38,106 bases of DNA from a plasmid. Numbering within the stretch: the first letter of the stretch is position 1; every line of letters begins with the position of its first letter. Location of the stretch: sequence record NZ_CP144727.1. One strand, 5' to 3'. Positions 1 through 11,591 of this stretch are shown here, one piece after another. Under the pieces are notes generated by a model. That model was not told the DNA's origin. It made no database searches and saw only the letters and a program-made list of their open reading frames with translations. The position numbers were made by a program, and so were the translations under genes.

Positions 1-270
1 CTCGGCCAGGCCGCTGGCTTCCTCGCAATGGGTGCCATCCTCCAGCCGCAGTAGCTCGGCGATTTCGTCCAGGCTAAAGCCCAGCCGCTGGGCCGATTTC
101 ACGAACCGCACTCGTGTTACATCCGCCTCGCCATAGCGGCGAATGCTGCCATAGGGCTTGTCTGGCTCCGGCAGCAGGCCCTTGCGCTGGTAGAACCGGA
201 TGGTCTCCACATTGACCCCGGCCGCCTTGGCAAAAACGCCAATGGTCAGATTCTCAAAATTAATTTGCAT
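1..270 (-). CDS. merR: MerR Hg(II)-responsive regulator, N-terminal 90 codons (ATG at 270..268); gene runs off left edge, its 3' end is at 37921..38106
   Basis: Reverse translation [90 protein letters not shown] matches Tn21/Tn501 MerR; divergent to merT. Confidence 0.9.
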   Translation of the reverse strand, partial: MQINFENLTIGVFAKAAGVNVETIRFYQRKGLLPEPDKPYGSIRRYGEADVTRVRFVKSAQRLGFSLDEIAELLRLEDGTHCEEASGLAE

Positions 271-341
271 ATCGCTTGACTCCGTACATAACTACGGAAG
301 TAAGCTTAAGCTATCCAAACCAAATTTGAAAGGACAAGCGT
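271..341. promoter_or_regulatory. mer operator/promoter: -35 TTGACT, MerR dyad TCCGTACATAACTACGGAAG in long spacer, -10 TAAGCT; RBS AGGACAAGCG before merT
   Basis: Dyad symmetry and spacing as in the Tn501/Tn21 merO/P between divergent merR and merT. Confidence 0.7.
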
Positions 342-752
342 ATGTCTGAACCACAAAAGTCTGAACCACAAAAGTCTGAACCACAAAAGTCTGAACCACA
401 AAAGTCTGAACCACAAAACGGGCGCGGCGCGCTCTTCGCCGGTGGGCTGGCCGCCATTCTTGCGTCGGCCTGCTGCCTGGGGCCGCTGGTTTTGATCGCC
501 TTGGGGTTCAGCGGGGCATGGATCGGCAACCTGACGGTGCTGGAACCCTATCGCCCGATCTTCATCGGCGCAGCGCTGGTCGCGCTGTTTTTCGCCTGGC
601 GGCGCATCTACCGCCCGGCGCAAGCCTGCAAACCGGGTGAGGTCTGCGCGATTCCCCAAGTGCGAGCTACTTACAAGCTCATTTTCTGGATCGTGGCCGC
701 GCTGGTCCTGGTCTCGCTCGGATTTCCCTACGTCATGCCATTTTTCTATTAA
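342..752 (+). CDS. merT: MerT mercuric ion transporter with 20-aa N-terminal (SEPQK)x4 insertion
   Basis: MSEPQ...NGRGALFAGGLAAILASACCLGPLVLIALGFSGAWIGNLTVLEPYRPIFIG..., CC motif in TM1, canonical MerT apart from repeat. Confidence 0.9.
   Translation: MSEPQKSEPQKSEPQKSEPQKSEPQNGRGALFAGGLAAILASACCLGPLVLIALGFSGAWIGNLTVLEPYRPIFIGAALVALFFAWRRIYRPAQACKPGEVCAIPQVRATYKLIFWIVAALVLVSLGFPYVMPFFY
345..419 (+). repeat. Perfect tandem array, 5 copies of 15-bp unit TCTGAACCACAAAAG (last copy ends AAAAC), in-frame in merT codons 2-26
   Basis: Direct reading of 345-419; canonical merT has a single copy (MSEPQNGRG). Confidence 0.9.
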
Positions 753-767
753 TCACAGGAGTTCATC

Positions 768-1043
768 ATGAAAAAACTGTTTGCCGCCCTCGCCCTCGCT
801 GCCGTTGTTGCCCCCGTGTGGGCCGCCACCCAGACCGTCACGCTGTCCGTGCCTGGCATGACCTGCGCCTCTTGCCCGATCACTGTCAAGCACGCGCTTT
901 CCAAGGTTGAGGGCGTGAGCAAGACCGACGTAAGTTTCGACAAGCGCCAGGCCGTCGTCACCTTCGACGATGCCAAGACCAACGTCCAGAAGTTGACCAA
1001 GGCGACCGAGGACGCGGGCTATCCGTCCAGCCTCAAACGCTGA
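768..1043 (+). CDS. merP: MerP periplasmic Hg(II)-binding protein (signal peptide, GMTCASC HMA motif)
   Basis: MKKLFAALALAAVVAPVWAATQTVTLSVPGMTCASCPITVK... Confidence 0.9.
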   Translation: MKKLFAALALAAVVAPVWAATQTVTLSVPGMTCASCPITVKHALSKVEGVSKTDVSFDKRQAVVTFDDAKTNVQKLTKATEDAGYPSSLKR

Positions 1044-1070
1044 TCCGTTAACCGAACTCGGGAGCGACAC

Positions 1071-3220
<2,150 letters not shown>

Positions 3221-3237
3221 GGAAAAGGAGGTGTTCA

Positions 3238-3603
3238 ATGAGCGCCTACACAGTGTCCCGGCTGGCCCTTGATGCCGGGGTGAGCGTGCATATCGTGCGC
3301 GACTACCTGCTGCGCGGATTGCTACGGCCGGTCGCGTACACCACGGGCGGCTACGGCTTGTTCGATGACACCGCGTTGCAACGGCTGCGCTTTGTACGGG
3401 CTGCCTTCGAAGCGGGTATCGGCCTGGACGCACTGGCGCGGCTGTGCCGGGCGCTGGATGCTGCGGACGGTGACGGTGCGTCTGCGCAGCTTGCCGTGTT
3501 GCGGCAACTCGTCGAGCGTCGGCGCGAGGCCCTGGCCAGCCTCGAAATGCAACTGGCCGCCATGCCAACCGAACCGGCACAGCACGCGGAGAGTCTGCCA
3601 TGA
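3238..3603 (+). CDS. merD: MerD secondary regulator (MerR-like HTH); ATG at 3238 preferred over upstream ORF-track start
   Basis: [31 protein letters not shown]... matches MerD; RBS AAAGGAGG upstream. Confidence 0.85.
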
Positions 3604-3836
3604 ACAGCCCAGAGCACTTGCCGTCTGAGACGCACAAACCGATCACCGGCTACTTGTGGGGCGCGCTGGCCGTGCTCACCTGTCCCTGCCATTTGCCGAT
3701 TCTCGCCATTGTGCTAGCCGGCACGACGGCCGGCGCGTTCATCGGGGAGCACTGGGGTATTGCAGCCCTCACGCTGACCGGCTTGTTTGTCCTGTCTGTG
3801 ACGCGGCTGCTGCGGGCCTTCAAGGGAAGATCATGA
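3600..3836 (+). CDS. merE: MerE small membrane Hg transporter
   Basis: 78 aa, [10 protein letters not shown] motif, 4-nt overlap with merD. Confidence 0.85.
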
Positions 3837-3901
3837 CCGCTTCCCAGCCAGCCGAGAGTGGGCAGCTTTGAGCTTCGCTACCAATCTGGAGGAGTACCAC
3901 C

Positions 3902-4114
3902 ATGAACGCAAACGCCCCGAACACTGCCAGTTGCACCACCTGCTGCGTATGCTGCAAAGAAATTCCGCTCGATGCCGCCTTCACCCCGGAAGGCGCGGAA
4001 TACGTCGAACATTTCTGCGGGCTGGATTGCTATGAACGCTTCCAGGCACGCGCCAAGGCCGCGACAGAATCTGACATTGCGCCTGTCCCTGGCGGTTCGC
4101 AGCCGTCAGATTGA
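3902..4114 (+). CDS. Small Cys-rich protein (CTTCCVCC...C..DC), DUF3330-like, in the urf2 position downstream of merE
   Basis: 70-aa ORF with strong RBS GGAGGAG 8 nt upstream; 8 Cys in metal-binding-like arrangement. Confidence 0.5.
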   Translation: MNANAPNTASCTTCCVCCKEIPLDAAFTPEGAEYVEHFCGLDCYERFQARAKAATESDIAPVPGGSQPSD

Positions 4115-4119
4115 GGCAT

Positions 4120-4280
4120 ACCCTAACTTGATGTCAGGCAGGGCCGCGCCGCTTCGTCAGAATAGAGTCTGCTTTCCCATTTTTTGACACATGCCCGCGA
4201 AGGTTATAGATTTCAGCCTGACAGAAATGGGCTTTGAGGCACAACGGAACAGAAAGTGCACTTAAGCCGCCTTCAACCAA
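4120..4280. promoter_or_regulatory. Putative res (resolution) site and tnpR promoter region
   Basis: Inverted TGTCAGGC / GCCTGACAG motifs in the interval immediately upstream of tnpR, as in Tn21-subgroup res. Confidence 0.45.
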
Positions 4281-4289
4281 GGAGACATC

Positions 4290-4850
4290 GTGCAGGGGCA
4301 CCGCATCGGCTACGTCCGGGTCAGCAGCTTTGACCAGAACCCGGAACGCCAGCTGGAACAAACCCAGGTGAGCAAGGTGTTCACCGACAAGGCATCGGGC
4401 AAGGACACCCAGCGCCCCCAGCTCGAAGCGCTGCTGAGCTTCGTCCGCGAAGGCGATACAGTGGTGGTGCACAGCATGGATCGGCTGGCCCGCAACCTCG
4501 ATGACCTGCGTCGCTTGGTACAGAAGCTGACTCAGCGCGGCGTGCGCATCGAGTTCCTGAAGGAGGGCCTGGTGTTCACTGGCGAGGACTCGCCGATGGC
4601 CAACCTGATGCTGTCGGTGATGGGGGCCTTCGCTGAGTTCGAGCGCGCCCTGATCCGCGAGCGGCAGCGTGAGGGCATCGCCTTGGCCAAGCAGCGTGGC
4701 GCGTACCGGGGCCGCAAGAAAGCCCTGTCCGATGAGCAGGCTGCTACCCTGCGGCAGCGAGCGACGGCCGGCGAGCCCAAGGCGCAGCTTGCCCGCGAGT
4801 TCAACATCAGCCGGGAAACCCTCTACCAGTACCTCCGCACGGACGACTGA
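4290..4850 (+). CDS. tnpR: TnpR serine recombinase resolvase (Tn21/Tn501 subgroup)
   Basis: 186 aa, MQGHRIGYVRVSSFDQNPERQ..., catalytic Ser, C-terminal HTH. Confidence 0.9.
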   Translation: MQGHRIGYVRVSSFDQNPERQLEQTQVSKVFTDKASGKDTQRPQLEALLSFVREGDTVVVHSMDRLARNLDDLRRLVQKLTQRGVRIEFLKEGLVFTGEDSPMANLMLSVMGAFAEFERALIRERQREGIALAKQRGAYRGRKKALSDEQAATLRQRATAGEPKAQLAREFNISRETLYQYLRTDD

Positions 4851-4853
4851 CAC

Positions 4854-7781
4854 ATGCCGCGTCGCTTGATCCTCTCGGCCACGGAGCGGGACACCCTGCT
4901 TGCGCTGCCGGAAAGCCAGGATGACCTGATCCGCTACTACACCTTCAACGACTCCGACCTGTCGCTGATCCGCCAGCGACGCGGCGACGCCAACCGCCTC
5001 GGCTTCGCCGTGCAGCTCTGCCTGCTGCGCTACCCCGGTTACGCGCTGGGAACCGACAGCGAGCTGCCCGAGCCGGTCATCCTGTGGGTGGCGAAGCAAG
5101 TCCAGGCCGAGCCGGCGAGCTGGGCAAAGTACGGCGAGCGCGACGTGACCCGTCGCGAGCATGCCCAGGAACTGCGCACCTACCTGCAACTGGCCCCGTT
5201 CGGCCTGTCCGACTTCCGCGCCCTGGTGCGCGAGCTAACCGAGCTGGCCCAGCAGACCGACAAAGGCTTGCTGCTGGCCGGTCAGGCCCTGGAGAGCCTA
5301 CGGCAGAAACGACGCATCCTGCCGGCGCTGAGCGTGATTGACCGGGCCTGCTCGGAAGCCATTGCGCGAGCCAATCGGCGGGTCTACCGCGCCCTGGTCG
5401 AACCACTCACGGACTCGCATCGGGCCAAGCTGGACGAGCTGTTGAAGCTCAAGGCCGGCAGCAGCATCACCTGGTTGACCTGGCTGCGCCAGGCACCGCT
5501 GAAACCCAACTCTCGGCACATGCTGGAACACATCGAGCGGCTGAAGACATTTCAGTTGGTGGACTTGCCCGAAGGCCTGGGCCGGCACATCCACCAGAAC
5601 CGCCTGCTCAAGCTGGCCCGCGAGGGTGGGCAGATGACGCCCAAAGACCTCGGTAAGTTCGAGCCGCAGCGCCGCTACGCGACCCTGGCCGCCGTGGTGC
5701 TGGAGAGCACCGCGACCGTGATCGATGAGCTGGTCGATCTGCATGACCGCATCCTGGTCAAGCTGTTCAGCGGCGCGAAGCACAAGCATCAGCAGCAGTT
5801 CCAGAAGCAGGGCAAGGCGATCAACGACAAGGTGCGCCTGTACTCCAGGATCGGCCAGGCGCTGCTGGAAGCGAAGGAAAGCGGCAGCGACCCCTATGCC
5901 GCCATCGAGGCGGTGATTCCCTGGGACGAGTTCACCGAGAGCGTCAGCGAGGCCGAGCTGCTGGCCCGGCCGGAAGGCTTCGACCACCTGCACCTGGTCG
6001 GCGAGAACTTCGCCACCCTGCGCCGTTACACGCCGGCCTTGCTGGAGGTGCTGGAACTGCGCGCCGCGCCGGCCGCGCAAGGCGTGCTGGCAGCCGTGCA
6101 GACCCTGCGTGAGATGAACGCCGACAACCTGCGCAAGGTGCCGGCCGATGCACCCACGGCCTTCATCAAGCCGCGCTGGAAGCCGCTGGTGATCACCCCG
6201 GAAGGCCTCGACCGGAAATTCTACGAAATCTGCGCCCTGTCCGAGCTGAAGAACGCCCTGCGCTCCGGCGACATCTGGGTCAAGGGCTCGCGGCAGTTCC
6301 GCGACTTCGACGACTACCTGCTGCCGGCCGAGAAGTTCGCCGCACTCAAGCGCGAGCAGGCCCTGCCCCTGGCGATCAACCCGAACAGCGACCAGTACCT
6401 GGAAGAGCGTTTGCAGCTGCTGGACGAGCAGTTGGCCACCGTCACCCGCCTGGCCAAGGACAACGAGCTGCCCGATGCCATCCTCACCGAGTCAGGGCTG
6501 AAAATCACCCCGCTGGATGCGGCGGTGCCGGATCGGGCGCAGGCGCTGATCGACCAAACCAGCCAGTTACTGCCGCGCATCAAGATCACCGAACTGCTGA
6601 TGGACGTGGACGACTGGACGGGCTTCAGCCGCCACTTCACCCACTTGAAGGACGGGGCCGAGGCCAAAGACAGGACGTTGCTGCTGTCCGCAATCCTCGG
6701 TGATGCGATCAACCTCGGGCTGACCAAGATGGCCGAGTCGAGCCCCGGCCTGACCTACGCCAAGCTGTCCTGGCTGCAAGCCTGGCACATCCGCGACGAA
6801 ACCTATTCGGCGGCCTTGGCCGAGCTGGTCAACCACCAGTATCGCCACGCCTTTGCCGCCCACTGGGGCGACGGCACGACCTCATCCTCCGATGGCCAGC
6901 GCTTCCGCGCGGGTGGCCGGGGCGAGAGCACCGGGCACGTCAACCCGAAGTACGGTAGCGAGCCGGGACGGCTGTTCTATACCCATATCTCCGACCAGTA
7001 CGCGCCGTTCAGCACCCGCGTGGTGAATGTCGGCGTCCGCGATTCCACCTATGTGCTCGACGGCCTGCTGTACCACGAGTCCGACCTGCGGATCGAGGAG
7101 CACTACACCGACACGGCCGGCTTCACCGATCACGTCTTTGCCCTGATGCACCTGCTAGGCTTCCGCTTCGCGCCGCGCATCCGCGACCTCGGCGAAACCA
7201 AGCTGTACGTGCCGCAGGGCGTGCAAGCCTACCCGACGTTGCGCCCGCTGATCGGCGGCACCCTGAACATCAAGCACGTGCGTGCCCACTGGGACGACAT
7301 CCTGCGCCTGGCCAGCTCGATCAAGCAGGGCACCGTCACCGCCTCGCTGATGCTGCGCAAGCTCGGCAGCTACCCGCGCCAGAACGGACTGGCCGTGGCC
7401 CTGCGCGAGCTGGGCCGGATCGAGCGCACGCTGTTCATCCTGGACTGGCTGCAAAGTGTTGAACTGCGCCGCCGCGTGCATGCCGGCCTGAACAAAGGTG
7501 AGGCGCGCAACTCGCTGGCCAGGGCGGTGTTCTTCAACCGCCTTGGGGAAATCAGGGATCGGAGCTTCGAGCAGCAGCGCTACCGGGCCAGCGGCCTCAA
7601 CCTGGTGACGGCGGCTATCGTGCTGTGGAACACGGTGTACCTGGAACGCGCCACCCAGGGGTTGGTCGAGGCCGGCAAGCCGGTGGACGGCGAGCTGCTG
7701 CAATTCCTGTCGCCGCTGGGCTGGGAGCACATCAACCTAACCGGCGATCATGTACAGAACCTTAAGCGGCAAGCGAATTAA
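4854..7781 (+). pseudogene. tnpA: Tn3-family (Tn21 subgroup) transposase tnpA, interrupted after codon ...NLTGD by IS insertion; ORF reads 10 codons into the IS and stops
   Basis: 975-aa ORF typical of Tn21/Tn501 TnpA up to 7748; native C-terminus [23 protein letters not shown] resumes in frame at 11174. Confidence 0.85.
7739..7748. repeat. Left copy of 10-bp target site duplication AACCGGCGAT
   Basis: Identical 10-mer at 11164..11173 immediately outside the opposite IS end. Confidence 0.75.
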
Positions 7782-9137
7782 TAATACCGTCTAACGTGTT
7801 GTTTTGCTTGGATTTTCTCTGCCTACTCTTTTTGCCGTTTTTGGATAAATACACCATTGCCCACTCCAACTTCTCTGTTATTTCCTGCCACGCACCATGG
7901 ATGATGCTCGCCAATATCGGCATTAACCAAAGCGCGCTGTTTTTGGCAATCTTCAGCATCGATAACTCCGCGCTGCCAATCAGCGTCAGCGCCAGCCGAC
8001 GTTTGACCAGCAAGGCCAGCAAACTAGCCCAGATCAAGCCTTCCGCTATCGCTTTTTGTCGTGTCGCGAACGCCTTCAACCGGTTATGTGATTTCAGCTC
8101 TTTGAACAACAGTTCGATCTGCCAACGGCAACGATACAATGCCATCACCTTCTCGGCTGGCCATCGCTCACGCGGAAGATTGGTCATCCATATACAGAAC
8201 CGTTTTTCCTCTGCAAACCAACGTCTTATTAGTCGATATTTATACTTTCCCGAACTCACATCCAGATCCAGAACCTCGGCTCTGCAGCTTCTCCGATCGA
8301 TATCCTTGAGCTTTTTTCCGAGTAACTTGGGCATTTCCCTGCCGTCCTGTCGGTAAGCTGCCTGTACTTTGGGATTGAGATTTTGACTCCCTCTGACCAG
8401 ATAGCTTCCTTTGGCTTTGGTCACATCAGCAAAGTACTCGCGGCTGATGTAACCGGCATCCGCCAATAACAGTTTGTTATTTAACGAATTTGCGGCCGGA
8501 AGATGCTTGCGCTCCGATTCGGTATCCGCCGTGATACTCATCGATATCGGCGACTGGTCCAGCAAGGACATGGTCATATGACACTCTACCGCAGCGGGGC
8601 TGTGCTTATTGAATCGGCCCGGGAAATGTTCTGCCAATTGCGGATGTAACGCGAATGACGACCCGTCCTGCAGCAGTACCTGCTCAAAGCCTGCCAGTCC
8701 GTGGGCGTCCGGTAGACACTCCTTGAGGCGTAAGGCGATGGCTCGTTCAACCAGTGCGCGCATGAACAAGGGAAAACCCTGCTTGCGTAACTGGTTGTGA
8801 AAGGGTTTATACGCTATTTGGTCAGTATCATGGAGCTGCAACGCATTGAAATGGCGATGCAAACCAGCAATACCATCCACCTTGTCGCAACCAAGCCCTG
8901 AGAGCAGAGCCGGGAGTAGTCTCGCAGGCTGGATATCCCGGAGTCGCTGACAAAAACCGGTAAATTTACCGATCCGGTTGAGTTCAGAAGAGCTAAGAAG
9001 TTGCTTGAGGTACTGGGTTGCATTGATAATAGTCATGGCTTCGGGCGTGTCGGTTTTTTTTTGCGATTAAATCAGATCACAAACGAAGCCTTTTTTCTAT
9101 CTATTTCAATTGGTTGTAGCTAAAGATCCTGTACATG
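7749..9137 (-). mobile_element. IS4-family insertion sequence copy A (1389 bp), termini CATGTACAG[A/G]A[C/T]CTT[A/T]AGC inverted
   Basis: Terminal IRs at 7749-7769 and 9119-9137; single DDE transposase ORF. Confidence 0.7.
7762..9036 (-). CDS. IS4-family DDE transposase (424 aa)
   Basis: DAGY...D...[15 protein letters not shown] (Y-2-R-3-E-6-K signature of IS4/IS5 DDE transposases). Confidence 0.75.
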   Translation of the reverse strand: MTIINATQYLKQLLSSSELNRIGKFTGFCQRLRDIQPARLLPALLSGLGCDKVDGIAGLHRHFNALQLHDTDQIAYKPFHNQLRKQGFPLFMRALVERAIALRLKECLPDAHGLAGFEQVLLQDGSSFALHPQLAEHFPGRFNKHSPAAVECHMTMSLLDQSPISMSITADTESERKHLPAANSLNNKLLLADAGYISREYFADVTKAKGSYLVRGSQNLNPKVQAAYRQDGREMPKLLGKKLKDIDRRSCRAEVLDLDVSSGKYKYRLIRRWFAEEKRFCIWMTNLPRERWPAEKVMALYRCRWQIELLFKELKSHNRLKAFATRQKAIAEGLIWASLLALLVKRRLALTLIGSAELSMLKIAKNSALWLMPILASIIHGAWQEITEKLEWAMVYLSKNGKKSRQRKSKQNNTLDGIINSLAA

Positions 9138-9192
9138 ACAGGTCACTGCAGCGGCCAAACTGTTGCCACATCTCAGTTCAGGAGGAAACGCA

Positions 9193-9564
9193 ATGACTCA
9201 GGAAAGGATCCAGACCCGCTACCCACTCGGCGGCCCCTTCGCCACCCAGGCTGAGCTGGAGCAGGCCATCACCCAGGCCATAACGACCCACAGACAAGAT
9301 TTCTTCCCTCTGCTGGAACGGCTGGTGGACGTGGGGGACACCCGGGTCAACCTCAGTCAGGAGAACCCGCTGCGGGTGCTCAGCATCGAACTCGCTGACG
9401 GCCGTGAAGGAGTGGCCCATATCAACTACGAGTCCAACTTCGCCGAGAGCTGCCTGATTATCAACGAATACGACCAGCACCAGACCAGCCTGGCCTTTCG
9501 CCTCGACGGGGATGCACTTATCTTCGACGTCGAACTGCCGATCGCGTGGAATTTCAATAACTGA
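9193..9564 (+). CDS. Hypothetical passenger protein, 123 aa (ATG at 9193 with GGAGG RBS; ORF-track start 9163 is TTG)
   Basis: Only ORF in the 641-bp segment between the two IS copies; acidic, no recognisable motif. Confidence 0.55.
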   Translation: MTQERIQTRYPLGGPFATQAELEQAITQAITTHRQDFFPLLERLVDVGDTRVNLSQENPLRVLSIELADGREGVAHINYESNFAESCLIINEYDQHQTSLAFRLDGDALIFDVELPIAWNFNN

Positions 9565-9626
9565 AGATTCAGCGGTGTAATGCCGCCTGGTTGCTACACC
9601 CGGTCAGCCAGCTCCCCTCACCCTAA

Positions 9627-9647
9627 CCCTCTCCCAAAGGGAGAGGG
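9627..9647 (+). other. Perfect 9-bp stem / 3-nt loop hairpin CCCTCTCCCAAAGGGAGAGGG downstream of passenger ORF (no T-tract)
   Basis: Direct reading. Confidence 0.4.
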
Positions 9648-9779
9648 GATCAGCCCGTGCCAACCTCCAGCCGTGGTAGTCACTCCATACTCTGCTGTTA
9701 TTTCAGGCGCCTGTAATCTTCCCCATATGGCTGTCATCTGAATAGCAATATCCAGCATATAGCCACCATAACCCTCACT

Positions 9780-11163
9780 CATGTACAGGATCTTTAGCGG
9801 CAACCAATTGAAATAGATATAAAAAAGGCTTCGTTTGTGATCTGATTTTATCGCCAAACAAAATCAACACGCGCGAAGCCTATGACTATTATCAACGCTA
9901 ATTACTATCTGGAGCAACTCTTGGCTCCCGCCGCACTCGAGCGCATTGCTCGGCTCTGCAAGTTTTGTCTGCGTCAGCGTGCCATTACCCCAGCCATGCT
10001 CGTACCTGCACTGCTGCGGGCCATGGGAGGCGACCAGGTCAATGACATTGCCGGTTTACACCGCCATTTCAATGCCTTGCAACTGGTAAACACCCATCAG
10101 GTTTCTTACAAACCGTTTCACAATCAGCTGCGCAAAGAGAGCTTTGCCCTGTTTATGAAAGCCCTGGTCGAGCGGGCCATCGCCTTGCGTATCGACCATC
10201 AACTCAAAGCAGCCTCCCTCGGCGCGTTCAAGCAGGTGTTACTGCACGATGGCACCTCCTTTGCGGTGCATCGGCGCCTTGCTGCTGATTTTCCCGGCCG
10301 GTTCAAGACCATCAGTCCGGCAGCTATCGAGTGCCATATGACCATGTCACTGTCGGAGCAGAGCCCGTTGTGCATGAGTGTGTCTGCCGATACCGCAGGG
10401 GAACGGCAATTTCTGCCTGAAGCCCACACGCTGACCAACTGCCTGCTGCTGGCTGACGCAGGTTACATTGACAGGGCTTGGTTTGAGCAGGTGAACGACG
10501 CTGGCGGATTTTATCTGGTGCGCGGCACGAAAAGCCTGAACCCCAAGATAATCCAAGCCTGGCGCGGTGATGGACGGGAAGTACCCAAGCTGGCGGGACT
10601 ATCTCTGAGAGAGGCCGGACGGCGACGCTGTCGGGCCGAGGTACTGGATATGGTGGTGAAGTCCGGCCAGGTCGAGTACCGGTTGATCCGGCGCTGGTTT
10701 GCTGAGGAAAAGCGGTTCTGTCTGTGGATGACGAACCTACCGCGAGCAGCATGGTCAGCAGAGCAGGTGATGAGCCTGTATCGCTGCCGTTGGCAGGTGG
10801 AGTTGTTATTTAAAGAGTGGAAATCGCACAACCGGCTCAAGGGGTTTGTGACGGGCGAGAAAGCGATTGCCGAGGGGTTGGTGTGGACGAGCCTGCTGTC
10901 GCTGGTGATGAAGAGACGGGTCGCGCAGAGTGTGATGAGTGGGGCGCTATCGATGCTGAAAGCGTCGAAGAACAGTGCGACGTGGTGGCTACCGCTATTG
11001 GAAGCAGTGGCCCATAGGGCGCTGACAGAAATAAGGGAAAGATTGGAATGGGCTGCCGATTATTTGGCCAAGAACGCCTGCCGAACCAAGCAGAGAAAGT
11101 CGATACAGAACAGGACCTTGGAAGGCGTTTTAAATGGACTCGCCGCTTAAGGTCCTGTACATG
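9780..11163 (+). mobile_element. IS4-family insertion sequence copy B (1384 bp), inverted relative to copy A
   Basis: Termini CATGTACAGGATCTTTAGC ... CCGCTTAAGGTCCTGTACATG; first ~75 bp nearly identical to inner end of copy A. Confidence 0.7.
9882..11150 (+). CDS. IS4-family DDE transposase (422 aa), ~60% identical to copy A transposase
   Basis: Same motifs (DAGY, YRCRWQVELLFKEWK). Confidence 0.75.
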   Translation: MTIINANYYLEQLLAPAALERIARLCKFCLRQRAITPAMLVPALLRAMGGDQVNDIAGLHRHFNALQLVNTHQVSYKPFHNQLRKESFALFMKALVERAIALRIDHQLKAASLGAFKQVLLHDGTSFAVHRRLAADFPGRFKTISPAAIECHMTMSLSEQSPLCMSVSADTAGERQFLPEAHTLTNCLLLADAGYIDRAWFEQVNDAGGFYLVRGTKSLNPKIIQAWRGDGREVPKLAGLSLREAGRRRCRAEVLDMVVKSGQVEYRLIRRWFAEEKRFCLWMTNLPRAAWSAEQVMSLYRCRWQVELLFKEWKSHNRLKGFVTGEKAIAEGLVWTSLLSLVMKRRVAQSVMSGALSMLKASKNSATWWLPLLEAVAHRALTEIRERLEWAADYLAKNACRTKQRKSIQNRTLEGVLNGLAA

Positions 11164-11173
11164 AACCGGCGAT
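11164..11173. repeat. Right copy of 10-bp target site duplication AACCGGCGAT
   Basis: See 7739..7748. Confidence 0.75.
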
Positions 11174-11245
11174 TACGTCTGGCGGCAGAGCCGCAGACTG
11201 GAAGACGGGAAGTTTCGGCCCTTACGGATGCCCGGAAAACCTTAG
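11164..11245 (+). pseudogene. tnpA: 3' remnant of interrupted tnpA (encodes [26 protein letters not shown])
   Basis: In-frame continuation of 4854..7748 once IS composite and one TSD copy are removed. Confidence 0.8.
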
Positions 11246-11278
11246 CGTACGATTTTTTCCGAATTCTGCGGGCTCCCC
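11241..11278. repeat. 38-bp terminal inverted repeat (IRtnp) of the Tn21/Tn501-subgroup transposon: CTTAGCGTACGATTTTTTCCGAATTCTGCGGGCTCCCC
   Basis: Matches Tn501-type IR; overlaps tnpA stop. Confidence 0.8.
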
Positions 11279-11330
11279 TATTAGCGTAGAGAAAAGTGTT
11301 GGACCATTTTGAGTCGTGGTTATGCGTGAA

Positions 11331-11407
11331 GACTATAGCGTCAGTCCAGTATGATTTCCCAATACCCTGTAGCTATAGTTTCGATAGCTTCGAATCGGCA
11401 TTGCAGG
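11331..11407 (+). repeat. Copy A of ~75-bp conserved element (GACTATAGC...GCTATAGTTTCGATAGC...TTGCAGG)
   Basis: ~70% identical to copies at 11592..11667 (inverted) and 20619..20688 (direct). Confidence 0.6.
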
Positions 11408-11591
11408 CGTATCCCCGTCAGCGGATTTCGAGCGGACGCCGTCGCTTGCCAACGTTGGTGTGAGACCGGCGGGCGAGATCGCCCCTGCCAACGCGACCGC
11501 TGAGAGGTCGACTCCTCAACCGCTTGGGCGCTTATCGCCTCCATCCGGATGCTCACCCGCCGAACAGCAATAAACCGCTATTTTCGATAAA

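Noticed and set aside
345-419. Possibility that the 15-bp tandem array, or the 11-bp array at 27557-27641, is a CRISPR array
   Set aside because: The units are contiguous with no unique spacers and are far too short. No cas genes are present.
306-659. 117-aa and 72-aa minus-strand ORFs containing repeated WFRLL / DFCGS peptides
   Set aside because: They are antisense to merT. The repetitive peptide is just the 15-bp tandem array read in other frames.
4134-5189. 351-aa ORF on the minus strand
   Set aside because: It lies antisense across res, tnpR and the 5' end of tnpA in high-GC DNA. It has no RBS or similarity and is a typical shadow ORF.
7796-8356. 186-aa plus-strand ORF
   Set aside because: It lies entirely antisense within the IS4-family transposase gene. 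It is Ser/Leu-rich low-complexity sequence.
11341-11556. 71-aa minus-strand ORF between repeat copies A and C
   Set aside because: It overlaps the conserved non-coding element A. It is Arg-rich, has no RBS, and is more likely regulatory DNA.
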